Below, piece after piece: positions 9,571-18,699 of a DNA stretch of 64,000 bases. The DNA is taken from sequence record DRR378314_251; one strand, written 5' to 3'. The position numbers and the translations under genes were made by a program. The notes under the pieces were generated by a model. The model did no database searches, was not told where the DNA came from, and worked only from the letters and a program-made list of their open reading frames with translations. The stretch's first letter is position 1. Every line of letters begins with the position of its first letter.

Positions 9571-10791
9571 ATGGGGCATTATGCAGATCGCCTAAATGGC
9601 GTCCTTCCTTCGCAGACCAAGGCAATGACGCAGCGGGCGAGAGAATTGAAAGCGGCAGGTAAGGATGTAATTGTTCTCAGTCAGGGCGAGCCGGACTTTG
9701 AAACACCGGACCACATAAAGGCGGCTGGCGTGCGGGCCATCCTGGAAGGAAAGACGCGTTATACGGCGGTTCCGGGTATTCTTCCTCTACGCGAGGCCAT
9801 TTCGCGCAAGCTTGAGGTTGAAAATAGTTTATCCTACTCCGCTGATGACATTACGGTTGGAACAGGAGCAAAGCAAATCCTTGCGAATGCGTTGCTGGCA
9901 ACATTAAGTACAGGTCAAGAGGTGATCTTCCCTGCCCCCTGTTGGACCTCTTACCCTGACATGATCCGAATTGCAGGCGGTAAGCCGGTGAGGGTCGACT
10001 GTTCGGAAACCGGATTCAAGCTGACACCGGACGCACTTGAAGCTGCGCTCACACCCCGCACGCGATGGTTGATGCTGAACTCACCCTCTAATCCGACAGG
10101 GGCAGTTTACTCTCGCGGTGATCTTTCCGAGCTCGCGCGTGTGCTGCGCAACTGGCCAGATGTGTGGGTACTCAGTGACGATATCTATGAGCATCTCGTC
10201 TATGATGGCGACGGCTTTGTCACACTGGCCCAAGTTGCCCCGGATCTGAAAGATCGAATACTTACCGTGAATGGGGTTTCCAAATCTCACGCCATGACTG
10301 GTTGGCGCATCGGATATGGCGCTGGGCCTGCAGAACTCATCAAGAAGATGAATCTCCTTCAGAGCCAAATGACCTCGCACGCCTGTTCGATCGCACAGTA
10401 TGCCGCGCTGGAGGCGCTAGATGGGCCAGATGACCACCTTCAGATTTTCCGCGAGGCGTTCCAGCAAAGACGCGATTTTGTATGGAACAAGCTAAAGGAG
10501 ATCCCCGTGATCGAGGCCGGAGCGCGACCGGAAGGGGCTTTCTATCTATTCGCAGGCTGTAAAGGCGTGATGGGCGCACGCACACCTATGGGAGATGTGA
10601 TCGGCAACGATTTGGATTTTGCGACCTATCTCCTTGAAACAGCACGAGTCGCGGTTACGCCAGGTAGCGCCTTCCTGGCTTCACCCTTTATCCGGATATC
10701 CTACGCCTCGTCGCTCGATGAGCTCAAATTCGCTTGCGACCGGATAACTAAAGCTTGCAGCGCGCTTGATACAGTTGAACCGGGCGTCTGA
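9571..10791 (+). CDS. PLP-dependent aspartate aminotransferase-like enzyme; candidate phosphonoalanine aminotransferase (PalB-like) by context
   Basis: GEPDF, TGAKQ, NSPSNPTG, SDDIY, SKSHAMTGWRIG, RISYA; specificity inferred from the nearby palA. Confidence 0.9.
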   Translation: MGHYADRLNGVLPSQTKAMTQRARELKAAGKDVIVLSQGEPDFETPDHIKAAGVRAILEGKTRYTAVPGILPLREAISRKLEVENSLSYSADDITVGTGAKQILANALLATLSTGQEVIFPAPCWTSYPDMIRIAGGKPVRVDCSETGFKLTPDALEAALTPRTRWLMLNSPSNPTGAVYSRGDLSELARVLRNWPDVWVLSDDIYEHLVYDGDGFVTLAQVAPDLKDRILTVNGVSKSHAMTGWRIGYGAGPAELIKKMNLLQSQMTSHACSIAQYAALEALDGPDDHLQIFREAFQQRRDFVWNKLKEIPVIEAGARPEGAFYLFAGCKGVMGARTPMGDVIGNDLDFATYLLETARVAVTPGSAFLASPFIRISYASSLDELKFACDRITKACSALDTVEPGV

Positions 10792-10829
10792 TCAGAGGCA
10801 ATGATAGAAATAAACGAAAGATCGTATGC

Positions 10830-12236
10830 ATGACTGATTTTGCCAGCCTGCTCATGCCTGTCACAGCGTCAACTGATGCATTCCCTATACGACTTGCGAC
10901 TGACTCTAGTTTCGAAACCCTACCTGTAGCGGACCAAGATTGGATCCTTTCTGCAGGACATGAACCCAGCAAGCCTTTCTTGTGCTTAGTTCCTGATGGG
11001 GCAGACAAGCGCCGTTTCGTGGCCGGACTGGGGAAAACTACACCTACCGCCAACAATATCTGGTGGCTCGCAGGGGTTTGCGAGGCCTTGCCCAACGGAG
11101 ACTATCTGGTCGAAGGAATTCTTGACCCCGATGTGCTGGCGGCTGGAGCGCTTGGCTGGATACTCGCGCAATATCGGTTCGACCGCTATCTGTCCGAGAG
11201 CAGACCTCGGAAACGAAGATTGATACTTCCAGACTCGATCGATCGGGAACCAATAATAGAGATGGCGCAGTCGATGGCGCTTGTCCGCGATCTGGTGAAT
11301 ACACCTGCGGAGGATATGGGACCGGGAGAGCTTCAAGCCACCGTCGAAGCACTCGCCAGGGAATTTGACGCCGACTGTTGGACTGTAGTCGGGGACGATT
11401 TGCTGGTAGAGAACTTCCCATCGATACATGCCGTCGGACGGGCTGCCGCCAGCGGTCGCGAGCCGCGTATGACCCAACTAGAATGGGGGCGAAAAGACGC
11501 GCCCAGGATCGCTCTTGTCGGCAAGGGTGTGTGCTTCGATACTGGCGGGCTAAATCTGAAGCCAGGCAATTCCATGCGGCTGATGAAAAAGGATATGGCT
11601 GGCGCGGCCCATGCCATTGGCCTTGCCCGGATGATTATGAGCAAGGAGCTGGATGTCCGACTTCACCTTCTTGTGCCGGCCGCTGAGAACGCTATCGGCA
11701 ATGATGCGTTCCGGCCTGGAGATGTTGTCGCAACTCGCAAGGGTCTCTCGGTCGAGATCGACAATACCGATGCAGAAGGTCGCATGCTCCTATGTGACGC
11801 TTTGGCACTGGCCAGTGAGGGGAAACCCGAAATGATATTTGATTTTGCGACACTTACAGGAGCAAATACGGCCGCCCTCGGAACAGACCTGGCGGGCGCT
11901 TATGTAAATGACGACAGTCTATGGAGCGAACTGGCTTCAGCCAGCGAGCTGTCAGGCGACCCCATTTGGCGGATGCCGCTATGGCAACCTTACGCAAAAC
12001 ACCTCGAGAGCAACATCGCGGATATCTGCCACCGCGCAGGAAGTTTTCCCTACGCGGGCGGAACTACGGCCGCTCTTTATCTCCAGAGATTTGTCAGTGA
12101 TGAGATTCTCTGGGCACACTTTGACTTTTATGGCTGGCAACTATCTGGCCAGTCTGGAGGCGCCAATTCTGCAGCCGTCATGGCCATTCGGGCTGTGTTC
12201 GGACTTCTAGAACAATTTAATCAAAAGCCTGACTGA
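10830..12236 (+). CDS. M17 leucyl aminopeptidase family protein (PepB-like)
   Basis: GKGVCFDTGG, MKKDMAGA and NTDAEGR metal/catalytic motifs intact; 38 nt after the aminotransferase stop. Confidence 0.93.
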   Translation: MTDFASLLMPVTASTDAFPIRLATDSSFETLPVADQDWILSAGHEPSKPFLCLVPDGADKRRFVAGLGKTTPTANNIWWLAGVCEALPNGDYLVEGILDPDVLAAGALGWILAQYRFDRYLSESRPRKRRLILPDSIDREPIIEMAQSMALVRDLVNTPAEDMGPGELQATVEALAREFDADCWTVVGDDLLVENFPSIHAVGRAAASGREPRMTQLEWGRKDAPRIALVGKGVCFDTGGLNLKPGNSMRLMKKDMAGAAHAIGLARMIMSKELDVRLHLLVPAAENAIGNDAFRPGDVVATRKGLSVEIDNTDAEGRMLLCDALALASEGKPEMIFDFATLTGANTAALGTDLAGAYVNDDSLWSELASASELSGDPIWRMPLWQPYAKHLESNIADICHRAGSFPYAGGTTAALYLQRFVSDEILWAHFDFYGWQLSGQSGGANSAAVMAIRAVFGLLEQFNQKPD

Positions 12237-12239
12237 TTT

Positions 12240-12758
12240 TCAGAGTTGAAGCTGAATGCTCGCAGCGGGTACGCCGTATACATCAATAAGAAGCTTGCGT
12301 GCACAGATAGCAATCTCATGGCACTCACTGTCCGAAAGGTTTGTCTTGGCTGACCACCAGGAACTGACTTCCCGATAACGTGGATAGATAGGCGCCTCAC
12401 CCCATTGCCAGTCGGCATCTTCAGCCTGTGGGCTACGGCCGATCAGATGAAGATGAACTGATTTGTGTCGGGTACCGGTCTTGGGACCGGCCGGGGGAGT
12501 GTCATGATTGAGCGACCAGTTACCCGCCTCCCAGTAGTTGATAACCCCACCCTTCAATTGAGGGAGAACGATAAGCATGGCCTTACCAGATGCTGCGACC
12601 AAGAAAGCCCACTGAATGAGTTCTTCCGCTGACAGCTCACTGCGGTCCCATACATCTCGGGGCGGCATAACCCAGAGATTGCCACCGCTAGCACGGTCAA
12701 TCATTGGGTGCTCGGGAAGGTTCAGAGATCCGCCGGGTGCGGTTAGAAGCGTTTTCAT
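12240..12758 (-). CDS. HIT-like protein with degenerate histidine triad
   Basis: GGNLWVMPPRDV...ELSAEE...INYWEAGN...SVHLHLIGR follows the HIT-fold pattern; 18 nt downstream of palA. Confidence 0.6.
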   Translation of the reverse strand: MKTLLTAPGGSLNLPEHPMIDRASGGNLWVMPPRDVWDRSELSAEELIQWAFLVAASGKAMLIVLPQLKGGVINYWEAGNWSLNHDTPPAGPKTGTRHKSVHLHLIGRSPQAEDADWQWGEAPIYPRYREVSSWWSAKTNLSDSECHEIAICARKLLIDVYGVPAASIQLQL

Positions 12759-12776
12759 ACTGAGGCCATTTCACGT

Positions 12777-13649
12777 TTAGCGGAGATAATTTTGCTCTTG
12801 CCTTTTCATCTCGTCCATATTCTGTAGACGAAATATTTCTGTAACCGGAACTATATCGTCACCAACTGTTTCAATCCCGCCCTCTTCCACAATCCGCCGG
12901 AATGTCTTTTGCATTGCCATTACGGCAGCCCGCATCGCGTGATTGCCGTAGATCACCATACGTATTTGCTCGAGTGCTTCTGCGCGGGCCACAGTCATTT
13001 GGGGATAAGCGGTGGGGACAATAACCAAACCGGCCTTGCCGCGCCAAGCACGGGCGAAACGTTCGATCTCATCTGGAGTCGCCTGCTTCGAATGGACTAG
13101 AATAAGATCCGCCCCAGCCTCTTCATAGGCGGCCGCACGACTCAACGCTTCCGCCTCGCCCCGCCCGGCAATCAAAGCTTCGGTGCGAGCGATAATCAGA
13201 AAGTCCATGCTCGCACGCGCGTCCGTCGCAGCTTCGACCTTGCCCTGAAACTCTTCTATCCGGAGGAGCTGCTGCCGACCACCCTCCAGAAGACTTGTCG
13301 TCTTGGGAAATGTTTTGTCTTCAATAACAACAGCGCCTGCGCCAGCCTGCTCAAATTGACGGACAGTGTGAATGACATTGATAGCATTACCATAGCCTGT
13401 ATCTACATCCGCTACAATCGGAACCGATACTCTGGCCGCCATCGCACGGACCATATCAAGCTGCTGTGTCATCGTGATGAGGCTCGCATCCGGCAATCCA
13501 TATAGGGCCGACAATTCAAACCCTGACGCCCAGATGCCATCAAAGCCGGCCTCCTCGGCAATCAAAGCAGAGATCGGGCTGTGAGCCGCCATGATCTGAA
13601 GGGGTGTTTTAGCCGACAGACGGGCTTTGAGACTTTTCATTGAGGGCAT
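12777..13649 (-). CDS. palA: Phosphonopyruvate hydrolase (ICL/PEP mutase superfamily)
   Basis: GIWASGFELSA, DVDTGYGN, EDKTFPKTTS, GRQQLLRIEEFQGK, VPTAYPQ, IYGNHA match recalled Variovorax PPH; Thr replaces the PepM Asn; GGAGGAG RBS; 290 aa. Confidence 0.88.
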   Translation of the reverse strand: MPSMKSLKARLSAKTPLQIMAAHSPISALIAEEAGFDGIWASGFELSALYGLPDASLITMTQQLDMVRAMAARVSVPIVADVDTGYGNAINVIHTVRQFEQAGAGAVVIEDKTFPKTTSLLEGGRQQLLRIEEFQGKVEAATDARASMDFLIIARTEALIAGRGEAEALSRAAAYEEAGADLILVHSKQATPDEIERFARAWRGKAGLVIVPTAYPQMTVARAEALEQIRMVIYGNHAMRAAVMAMQKTFRRIVEEGGIETVGDDIVPVTEIFRLQNMDEMKRQEQNYLR

Positions 13650-13791
13650 GAACTCTCCTCCGGAAGGAACCTTAAACGATCTCTGACAATATTTGCGCAA
13701 ACAGGCAGGAAATTCCGACCGGTCCCGCTTTTGCGTTGCCTCTGCCTATGAGATGTGATGGGCTTTGAACCAGTATGAACTTGCAACAGAA

Positions 13792-13810
13792 ATGTAACAA
13801 AACCTGACAT
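13792..13810. promoter_or_regulatory. Probable LysR binding site overlapping the LysR start, between divergent palA and lysR
   Basis: ATGTAA-caaaacc-TGACAT imperfect inverted repeat. Confidence 0.5.
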
Positions 13811-14711
13811 GAGAAGATTACCGCCCCTCAATGCGCTCAAAACCTTCGAAGCAGTTGCTAGGCTCTCCAGTATTACACGGGCAGGGGAAGAGCTCTGTGT
13901 ATCCCACTCTTCCGTCAGTCAGCAGGTTAAGGTGCTTGAAAATTATTTCGGTCAGAAACTCTTCCTCAGACGCGGCAGGTCGATCGAACCGACCAACGCG
14001 GCGCTTGCTTATCTGGAAGAGGTGCGCACGTGTCTTGATCGGATCGCGATCTCTTCTGAAGCCCTGACGCGTTACGGCAAGCAGCAAACCATTTCGCTCA
14101 ATGCCACCCCCTCTTTCGCAATGCGATGGCTAATCCCCAAAACTGCCAGTTTTCAGATGATGTATCCGTCGATAAAACTTGAGATATCGACCTCCGCCTC
14201 TGATCATATCGATGACTTACGAGAATCGTATGATTTTGTGTTTCGGCGTGACTGGATGGACCAACGTGGTCTTGAGTGTCACCGCATCCTGGATGACTTC
14301 CAGACCCCTGTCATGTCCCCGACACTTCATGAGGCGAACCAGATCGAAGCTCCAAAGGATTTGGCAAATCTCACCATCCTTCATATGCGCTCACGACCGG
14401 ATGCCTGGGCACATTGGTTCAGCATGCATGGCCTGGAAGAAGAACTACCCTCAACAGACGGACCAATCTATGATCATTTCTTCCTCTCGCTACAAGCAGC
14501 GATTGCTGGGCATGGTATAGCCATTGGGTCCCGCGTTCTCATCGAGGAGGACATCGAGAACGGCAGACTGATGACTCCCTACCCACTGAGCAATATCGAG
14601 GGACCGGGATTTCATGTTCTGTTCAGGCCTGAATTACACAATGATCAAGCAGGCAGAAAGTTCATTAAGTGGCTGGAACAAGCTTCAGAAACTGAATTGA
14701 CGCCCAAATAA
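13809..14711 (+). CDS. LysR family regulator (GcvA-like), candidate PalR
   Basis: MRRLPPLNALKTFEAVAR...SSVSQQVKVLE; SFAMRWLIP; divergent from palA. Confidence 0.92.
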   Translation: MRRLPPLNALKTFEAVARLSSITRAGEELCVSHSSVSQQVKVLENYFGQKLFLRRGRSIEPTNAALAYLEEVRTCLDRIAISSEALTRYGKQQTISLNATPSFAMRWLIPKTASFQMMYPSIKLEISTSASDHIDDLRESYDFVFRRDWMDQRGLECHRILDDFQTPVMSPTLHEANQIEAPKDLANLTILHMRSRPDAWAHWFSMHGLEEELPSTDGPIYDHFFLSLQAAIAGHGIAIGSRVLIEEDIENGRLMTPYPLSNIEGPGFHVLFRPELHNDQAGRKFIKWLEQASETELTPK

Positions 14712-14756
14712 CTCACCTATCGGACCAATTGGCATTCCAGACCGAGTGCGGCCAAC

Positions 14757-17153
14757 TTATTTGCTTTGGTCTCTTTTTCTCAGCCATTCTGCCCCTGACA
14801 AAATGCGCCCCTCAAAATTAGGAGGGTCGCCTCCCCCCAAATTCCGGACGAGAAAGTCCCAGACATGGCGCAAACCCACCTCCCCAAATCGGTTAGCGTG
14901 CTCACCCTGCGGTACAGCAATATGATGAAATGATTTTCCAGCCTCTAGGAGTGCAGAAATCAGCTGGTACATTCCACCCAAATGATAATACGGATCCATC
15001 ATGCCGTGAATTAACAAGAGATTCCCGGTGAGGGCGCGGGCTTTGCGGCTCAAAATGGAAGGCGTATAATCGACTTCGTTTGGATTACCCATGTAAATCT
15101 CGGCGGCCTTCTCGAGCCTAGGATCAAACACCGAAGAGGATACCCCAACCTTGTAAAATTCGGGATGAGACAACAGAGCCTCAACTGCCCCATTGAGCCC
15201 CCCCAATTCAACCGCGCCGACCCTATCGAGATCCATCCATGAACGCGTCGAAGCCAATTGCCTCAACCCCTCCACGTGGTCGTCCAGATCATTGCCCTTG
15301 TGCATTTGCCCATGGGCGTGATCATGAAATGCCTTGCTCCTGTATGCAGAGCCTCGTCCCGAGAGATTGGTGACGATAAACCCTAGTTCGGCGAAAGCCG
15401 CTGCGTGCATATAACGTGCGCAACTGAGCGGATCGAGAGCAAATGCTCCAAGATACGCATACGAATATCTTGGATCACATGGAGCCAGATCGATGACGGG
15501 ATATGATTCATCGGGATCAAAATCGCTGGGAAAGAAGATTTGACCGTAGATTGGTGTCACTCCATCAGCAGCCACCGTGGTTACGGGTTCAGGCCAGCGC
15601 CAACTTGACGGCAGATCAGAGATATCGGCGGCTTCTACCTCCATCAATCTGGAACCATTAGAAGTGAACAGTTCCGTGACGGGTGGACGATCAACCCAAG
15701 ACTTCGTAACAACGATGTGACTACAACTTGGTGACATAGCACCACTCGTAAATGACACACCATATCCCAGGGCTCGTCCAACCATGAGGGAACTGTTACC
15801 TGGTTTGTGAGCTATGCAGTCGAATGGTCCCTCCACCACTGTCGCAATAGCCCCATCGTCCAGATTCACCGAAACAACTTCTCGCTGATATGGATTTTTT
15901 TGCGAGTTGCGACCCGCAACCTGCAAAAATACGGTACGGCGCTCTGCATCAACTCCCAGAACTTCACGCACGAGCCAATTTCCATCAGTCAACTGACGCT
16001 TAAGATTACCAGTCTCCAAATCGTAAAGAAAAGCATGCGCCCAACCAGTTCGCTCCGACAACCAAATAAGCTCGCGGGTTTCAGGAAGTGGCAACAAGGA
16101 CGCCGGTTGCATGAAATCCAAATTCAAGTCGATAAATGTATCCGTCTCTTCCCTGAACAGGGTTTCACATTCTCCCGTCAGCGCATTGAAACGAACAATC
16201 TGAACTGACTTACCACCTACGCATACGTCCAGAAAAAAGGCTGTCTCATTATCGCTCATCCACCATGCGCGGTTGCCTGAAAATGGGCTGGCAAGAAGTA
16301 CCGAATCCAACACTGCCGGATGCCGAGCCTGAGTGATATTTCCGGATTCTATTTCGATAGACACAAACTTACATGTCGAGACATTTTCATCACCCGGGAA
16401 TGCCACCTTACGACTAATCGCGTCCGGTCGCGGATCACCTGTAGGCGGGACAAAGTTAATAGAGGAAAGATCCTTAACTTCGCGCTCGTCAGTGTGAACT
16501 GTCAACAATCTCTTAGAGTCCGGCGACCATATCGCTTCTGGCAACCCTCCTTGCTGATCAGCCATCGGTTTCCCGATGCCTTCGATCAAATTGCAACGTT
16601 CCGGCTTTACACCGTATGCATAGTGGCGCACGCCGTTCAGCGTCAGCGGCCGTTCCGTTTCGTCCACCAAATCATGAAGCCAGATGTTCGAATTGCGGAG
16701 GGAAACTGCAAACCTCCCGTTCGGAGATACCAACCAGTTGTCCGGATTCGTGCCGACTGTTTCAAGCTCGACTAAGTCAGGCCGGTAGAGAAATTTCTCA
16801 CCATCAACATTAAACGTTATGGGGCCACCCGGACCTTTGAACATTAAGTCATCAAGTCGCAAATCTCCTGGGGATACGTCTTTACCCAGATGGCCTGATA
16901 AAGACTGCGCCAGGTCCTTGTGACTAAATGCAAGTTCATTTGTTTGAGCTATTGCGTCAACAATTCTATACTCCACGCCATTCCGTGTACGCCTCAAGTA
17001 CCAAAAGCAATCGGCTCCAGCAATCCAGTTTGGAAAGATGCTTGCATTTCTGACCAACGTTTCGGAAAACACTGCGCTTTCCAGAACCTGAGCTCGCTTA
17101 TAGCGGTCGCTCATCTCTCCTCCGTCTTTGTTCGGCATAATCGCGTTCTCCAT
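14757..17153 (-). CDS. S9 / DPP IV-like protein lacking the canonical nucleophile Ser
   Basis: DPP IV-like propeller (SPDSKR, SERTGWAH), DPDESYPVID, GRGSAYR, LIHGMMD, GEH; RVGAVELGG where GxSxG is expected. Confidence 0.85.
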   Translation of the reverse strand: MENAIMPNKDGGEMSDRYKRAQVLESAVFSETLVRNASIFPNWIAGADCFWYLRRTRNGVEYRIVDAIAQTNELAFSHKDLAQSLSGHLGKDVSPGDLRLDDLMFKGPGGPITFNVDGEKFLYRPDLVELETVGTNPDNWLVSPNGRFAVSLRNSNIWLHDLVDETERPLTLNGVRHYAYGVKPERCNLIEGIGKPMADQQGGLPEAIWSPDSKRLLTVHTDEREVKDLSSINFVPPTGDPRPDAISRKVAFPGDENVSTCKFVSIEIESGNITQARHPAVLDSVLLASPFSGNRAWWMSDNETAFFLDVCVGGKSVQIVRFNALTGECETLFREETDTFIDLNLDFMQPASLLPLPETRELIWLSERTGWAHAFLYDLETGNLKRQLTDGNWLVREVLGVDAERRTVFLQVAGRNSQKNPYQREVVSVNLDDGAIATVVEGPFDCIAHKPGNSSLMVGRALGYGVSFTSGAMSPSCSHIVVTKSWVDRPPVTELFTSNGSRLMEVEAADISDLPSSWRWPEPVTTVAADGVTPIYGQIFFPSDFDPDESYPVIDLAPCDPRYSYAYLGAFALDPLSCARYMHAAAFAELGFIVTNLSGRGSAYRSKAFHDHAHGQMHKGNDLDDHVEGLRQLASTRSWMDLDRVGAVELGGLNGAVEALLSHPEFYKVGVSSSVFDPRLEKAAEIYMGNPNEVDYTPSILSRKARALTGNLLLIHGMMDPYYHLGGMYQLISALLEAGKSFHHIAVPQGEHANRFGEVGLRHVWDFLVRNLGGGDPPNFEGRILSGAEWLRKRDQSK

Positions 17154-17154
17154 T

Positions 17155-18552
17155 TTACTTCCTTAGTATTCCATTCTTCCGGCGAGACGCCTGCCTTGCC
17201 AGAGCCTTGCTAATGACTAACCGCCGCCGCTCGTCGATTGGAATCAACCAAAAAAGAACGATCGAAACAGACGACAGGGCAACTGGGATCAACCCCATTG
17301 CGAGAATGAATGCGAAATCGATTTGTTGGGACCGCACAGGTGCAGATGGGTCAAAACCAAACCACGCGACAATTCCGATTCCCAGCGCCGGCCCAAGGCT
17401 AATAGTACCAACCTTTGCCAGAAAATTATCCATCGAGTAATATACAGCTCCGTGGTCCGATTTCGAACGTAGTGCGCCATAATCGGCGATATCGGCCAGG
17501 ATGGACGGGGTGGCAATATTGCAAAAAGAGTTAGTTGACGCGAGTAGAAGCTGCGAAGCGAGAAGAAGAAGCAACGCCACCAGGACATTTCCTGCAGTCA
17601 TGGCCGATAACGCCAACATGAAGGCAATGATTTTTGCAAGCACGCCAAATGTGAAGGCTTGCTTCTTGCCAAACCGATTTATGACCAACACAGCTGGTCC
17701 GATTAAAATGATCGACGACAGAACATATAGAAGTGTAAGCCAGGCATAATACTCGCCGAGACCCAGAAAATAGCTAATAAAAATGAATTTTAGGCCGAAG
17801 AACCCTCCTGACCCCAATCCATAAAAAAGGTGCCCCAAGAGATAAACCAGATAAGGCTTGTTGCTCCAAAGCTCTCGGACGGCTTTTAAAGGACTGCCGG
17901 GCGTGCTCGATGAGGGCCTGCGCGACGATTGTGTAGGCATTAAACGAAAGAAGGCAAAAAATGCCGGCACCATCAGAGATGCAGAGAGCAGTACCGAAGC
18001 TCGCATAGATTCCGGTGACATTTCAGAACTTGCAAACAATGGAAGCAGCGGAAGCGCATAGACAAGAGCACTTCCAGTCACACTTCCGCCCTTCCAGAAC
18101 CCGAATAGTGCCGTCCGTTCGTTCGAACTGGACGTGAGGTCCCTGGCCCACGCGAGGTGCGGGACCAAAATGCACGTCAAGCAAAGGTAAAATATGAAGT
18201 AGCATATGATGAAATAAGTCGCCCCCACCCTTCCATCATGACCACCGAGCGGCACAAACAACAGCCAACCAGCCGGAAGGATTAAGAAGGCGCCGAGAAG
18301 TATTATTCCGCGCCGGTTTCCTGTCCGAGCTAGCTGCCTGTCCGACAGATAGCCAATTAGAGGATCTGTTATTGTGTCAAATAGTCCGGCTACAAATACA
18401 CAGGTTGCAACAACGCCTAACCCAATTCCAAAATGCTCTGCATAAATGCCTGGGACAATAGAAAGCTGCCCCCACAGAAGGGTAACAGGCACCAGCGGGG
18501 CAGCATAAGCCAGCCCCAACCTTCCTAATCGTCTGTTCTCAGAAATAGTCAA
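17155..18552 (-). CDS. MFS transporter (GPH / MFS_2 family)
   Basis: DTITDPLIGYLSDR, ILADIADY, about 12 hydrophobic segments; TTG start. Confidence 0.88.
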   Translation of the reverse strand: MTISENRRLGRLGLAYAAPLVPVTLLWGQLSIVPGIYAEHFGIGLGVVATCVFVAGLFDTITDPLIGYLSDRQLARTGNRRGIILLGAFLILPAGWLLFVPLGGHDGRVGATYFIICYFIFYLCLTCILVPHLAWARDLTSSSNERTALFGFWKGGSVTGSALVYALPLLPLFASSEMSPESMRASVLLSASLMVPAFFAFFRLMPTQSSRRPSSSTPGSPLKAVRELWSNKPYLVYLLGHLFYGLGSGGFFGLKFIFISYFLGLGEYYAWLTLLYVLSSIILIGPAVLVINRFGKKQAFTFGVLAKIIAFMLALSAMTAGNVLVALLLLLASQLLLASTNSFCNIATPSILADIADYGALRSKSDHGAVYYSMDNFLAKVGTISLGPALGIGIVAWFGFDPSAPVRSQQIDFAFILAMGLIPVALSSVSIVLFWLIPIDERRRLVISKALARQASRRKNGILRK

Positions 18553-18644
18553 TCATGACACCTACACGTTGTGGTCCACTCAGTCTTTCACAGGGCGACG
18601 TTATCACGCTGAGAATACGGTAGGCCAAAGAGCTCCTCAGAGTT

Positions 18645-18687
18645 GAAGAAAGGCCATCCTCACAGACAAGACCGTGTGGGGATGGCC
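18645..18687 (-). terminator. Intrinsic terminator/attenuator after the TonB receptor
   Basis: Minus strand GGCCATCCCCACA-loop-TGTGAGGATGGCC (one mismatch) then TTTCTTC. Confidence 0.6.
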
Positions 18688-18699
18688 CCCACTAAAAGA

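Noticed and set aside
12777-13649. PEP mutase / phosphonate biosynthesis cluster
   Set aside because: Lacks the NS of EDKxxxxxNS and has no coupling biosynthetic enzymes
13792-13810. Pho box
   Set aside because: Inverted repeat rather than an 11-nt-periodic direct repeat; fits LysR better
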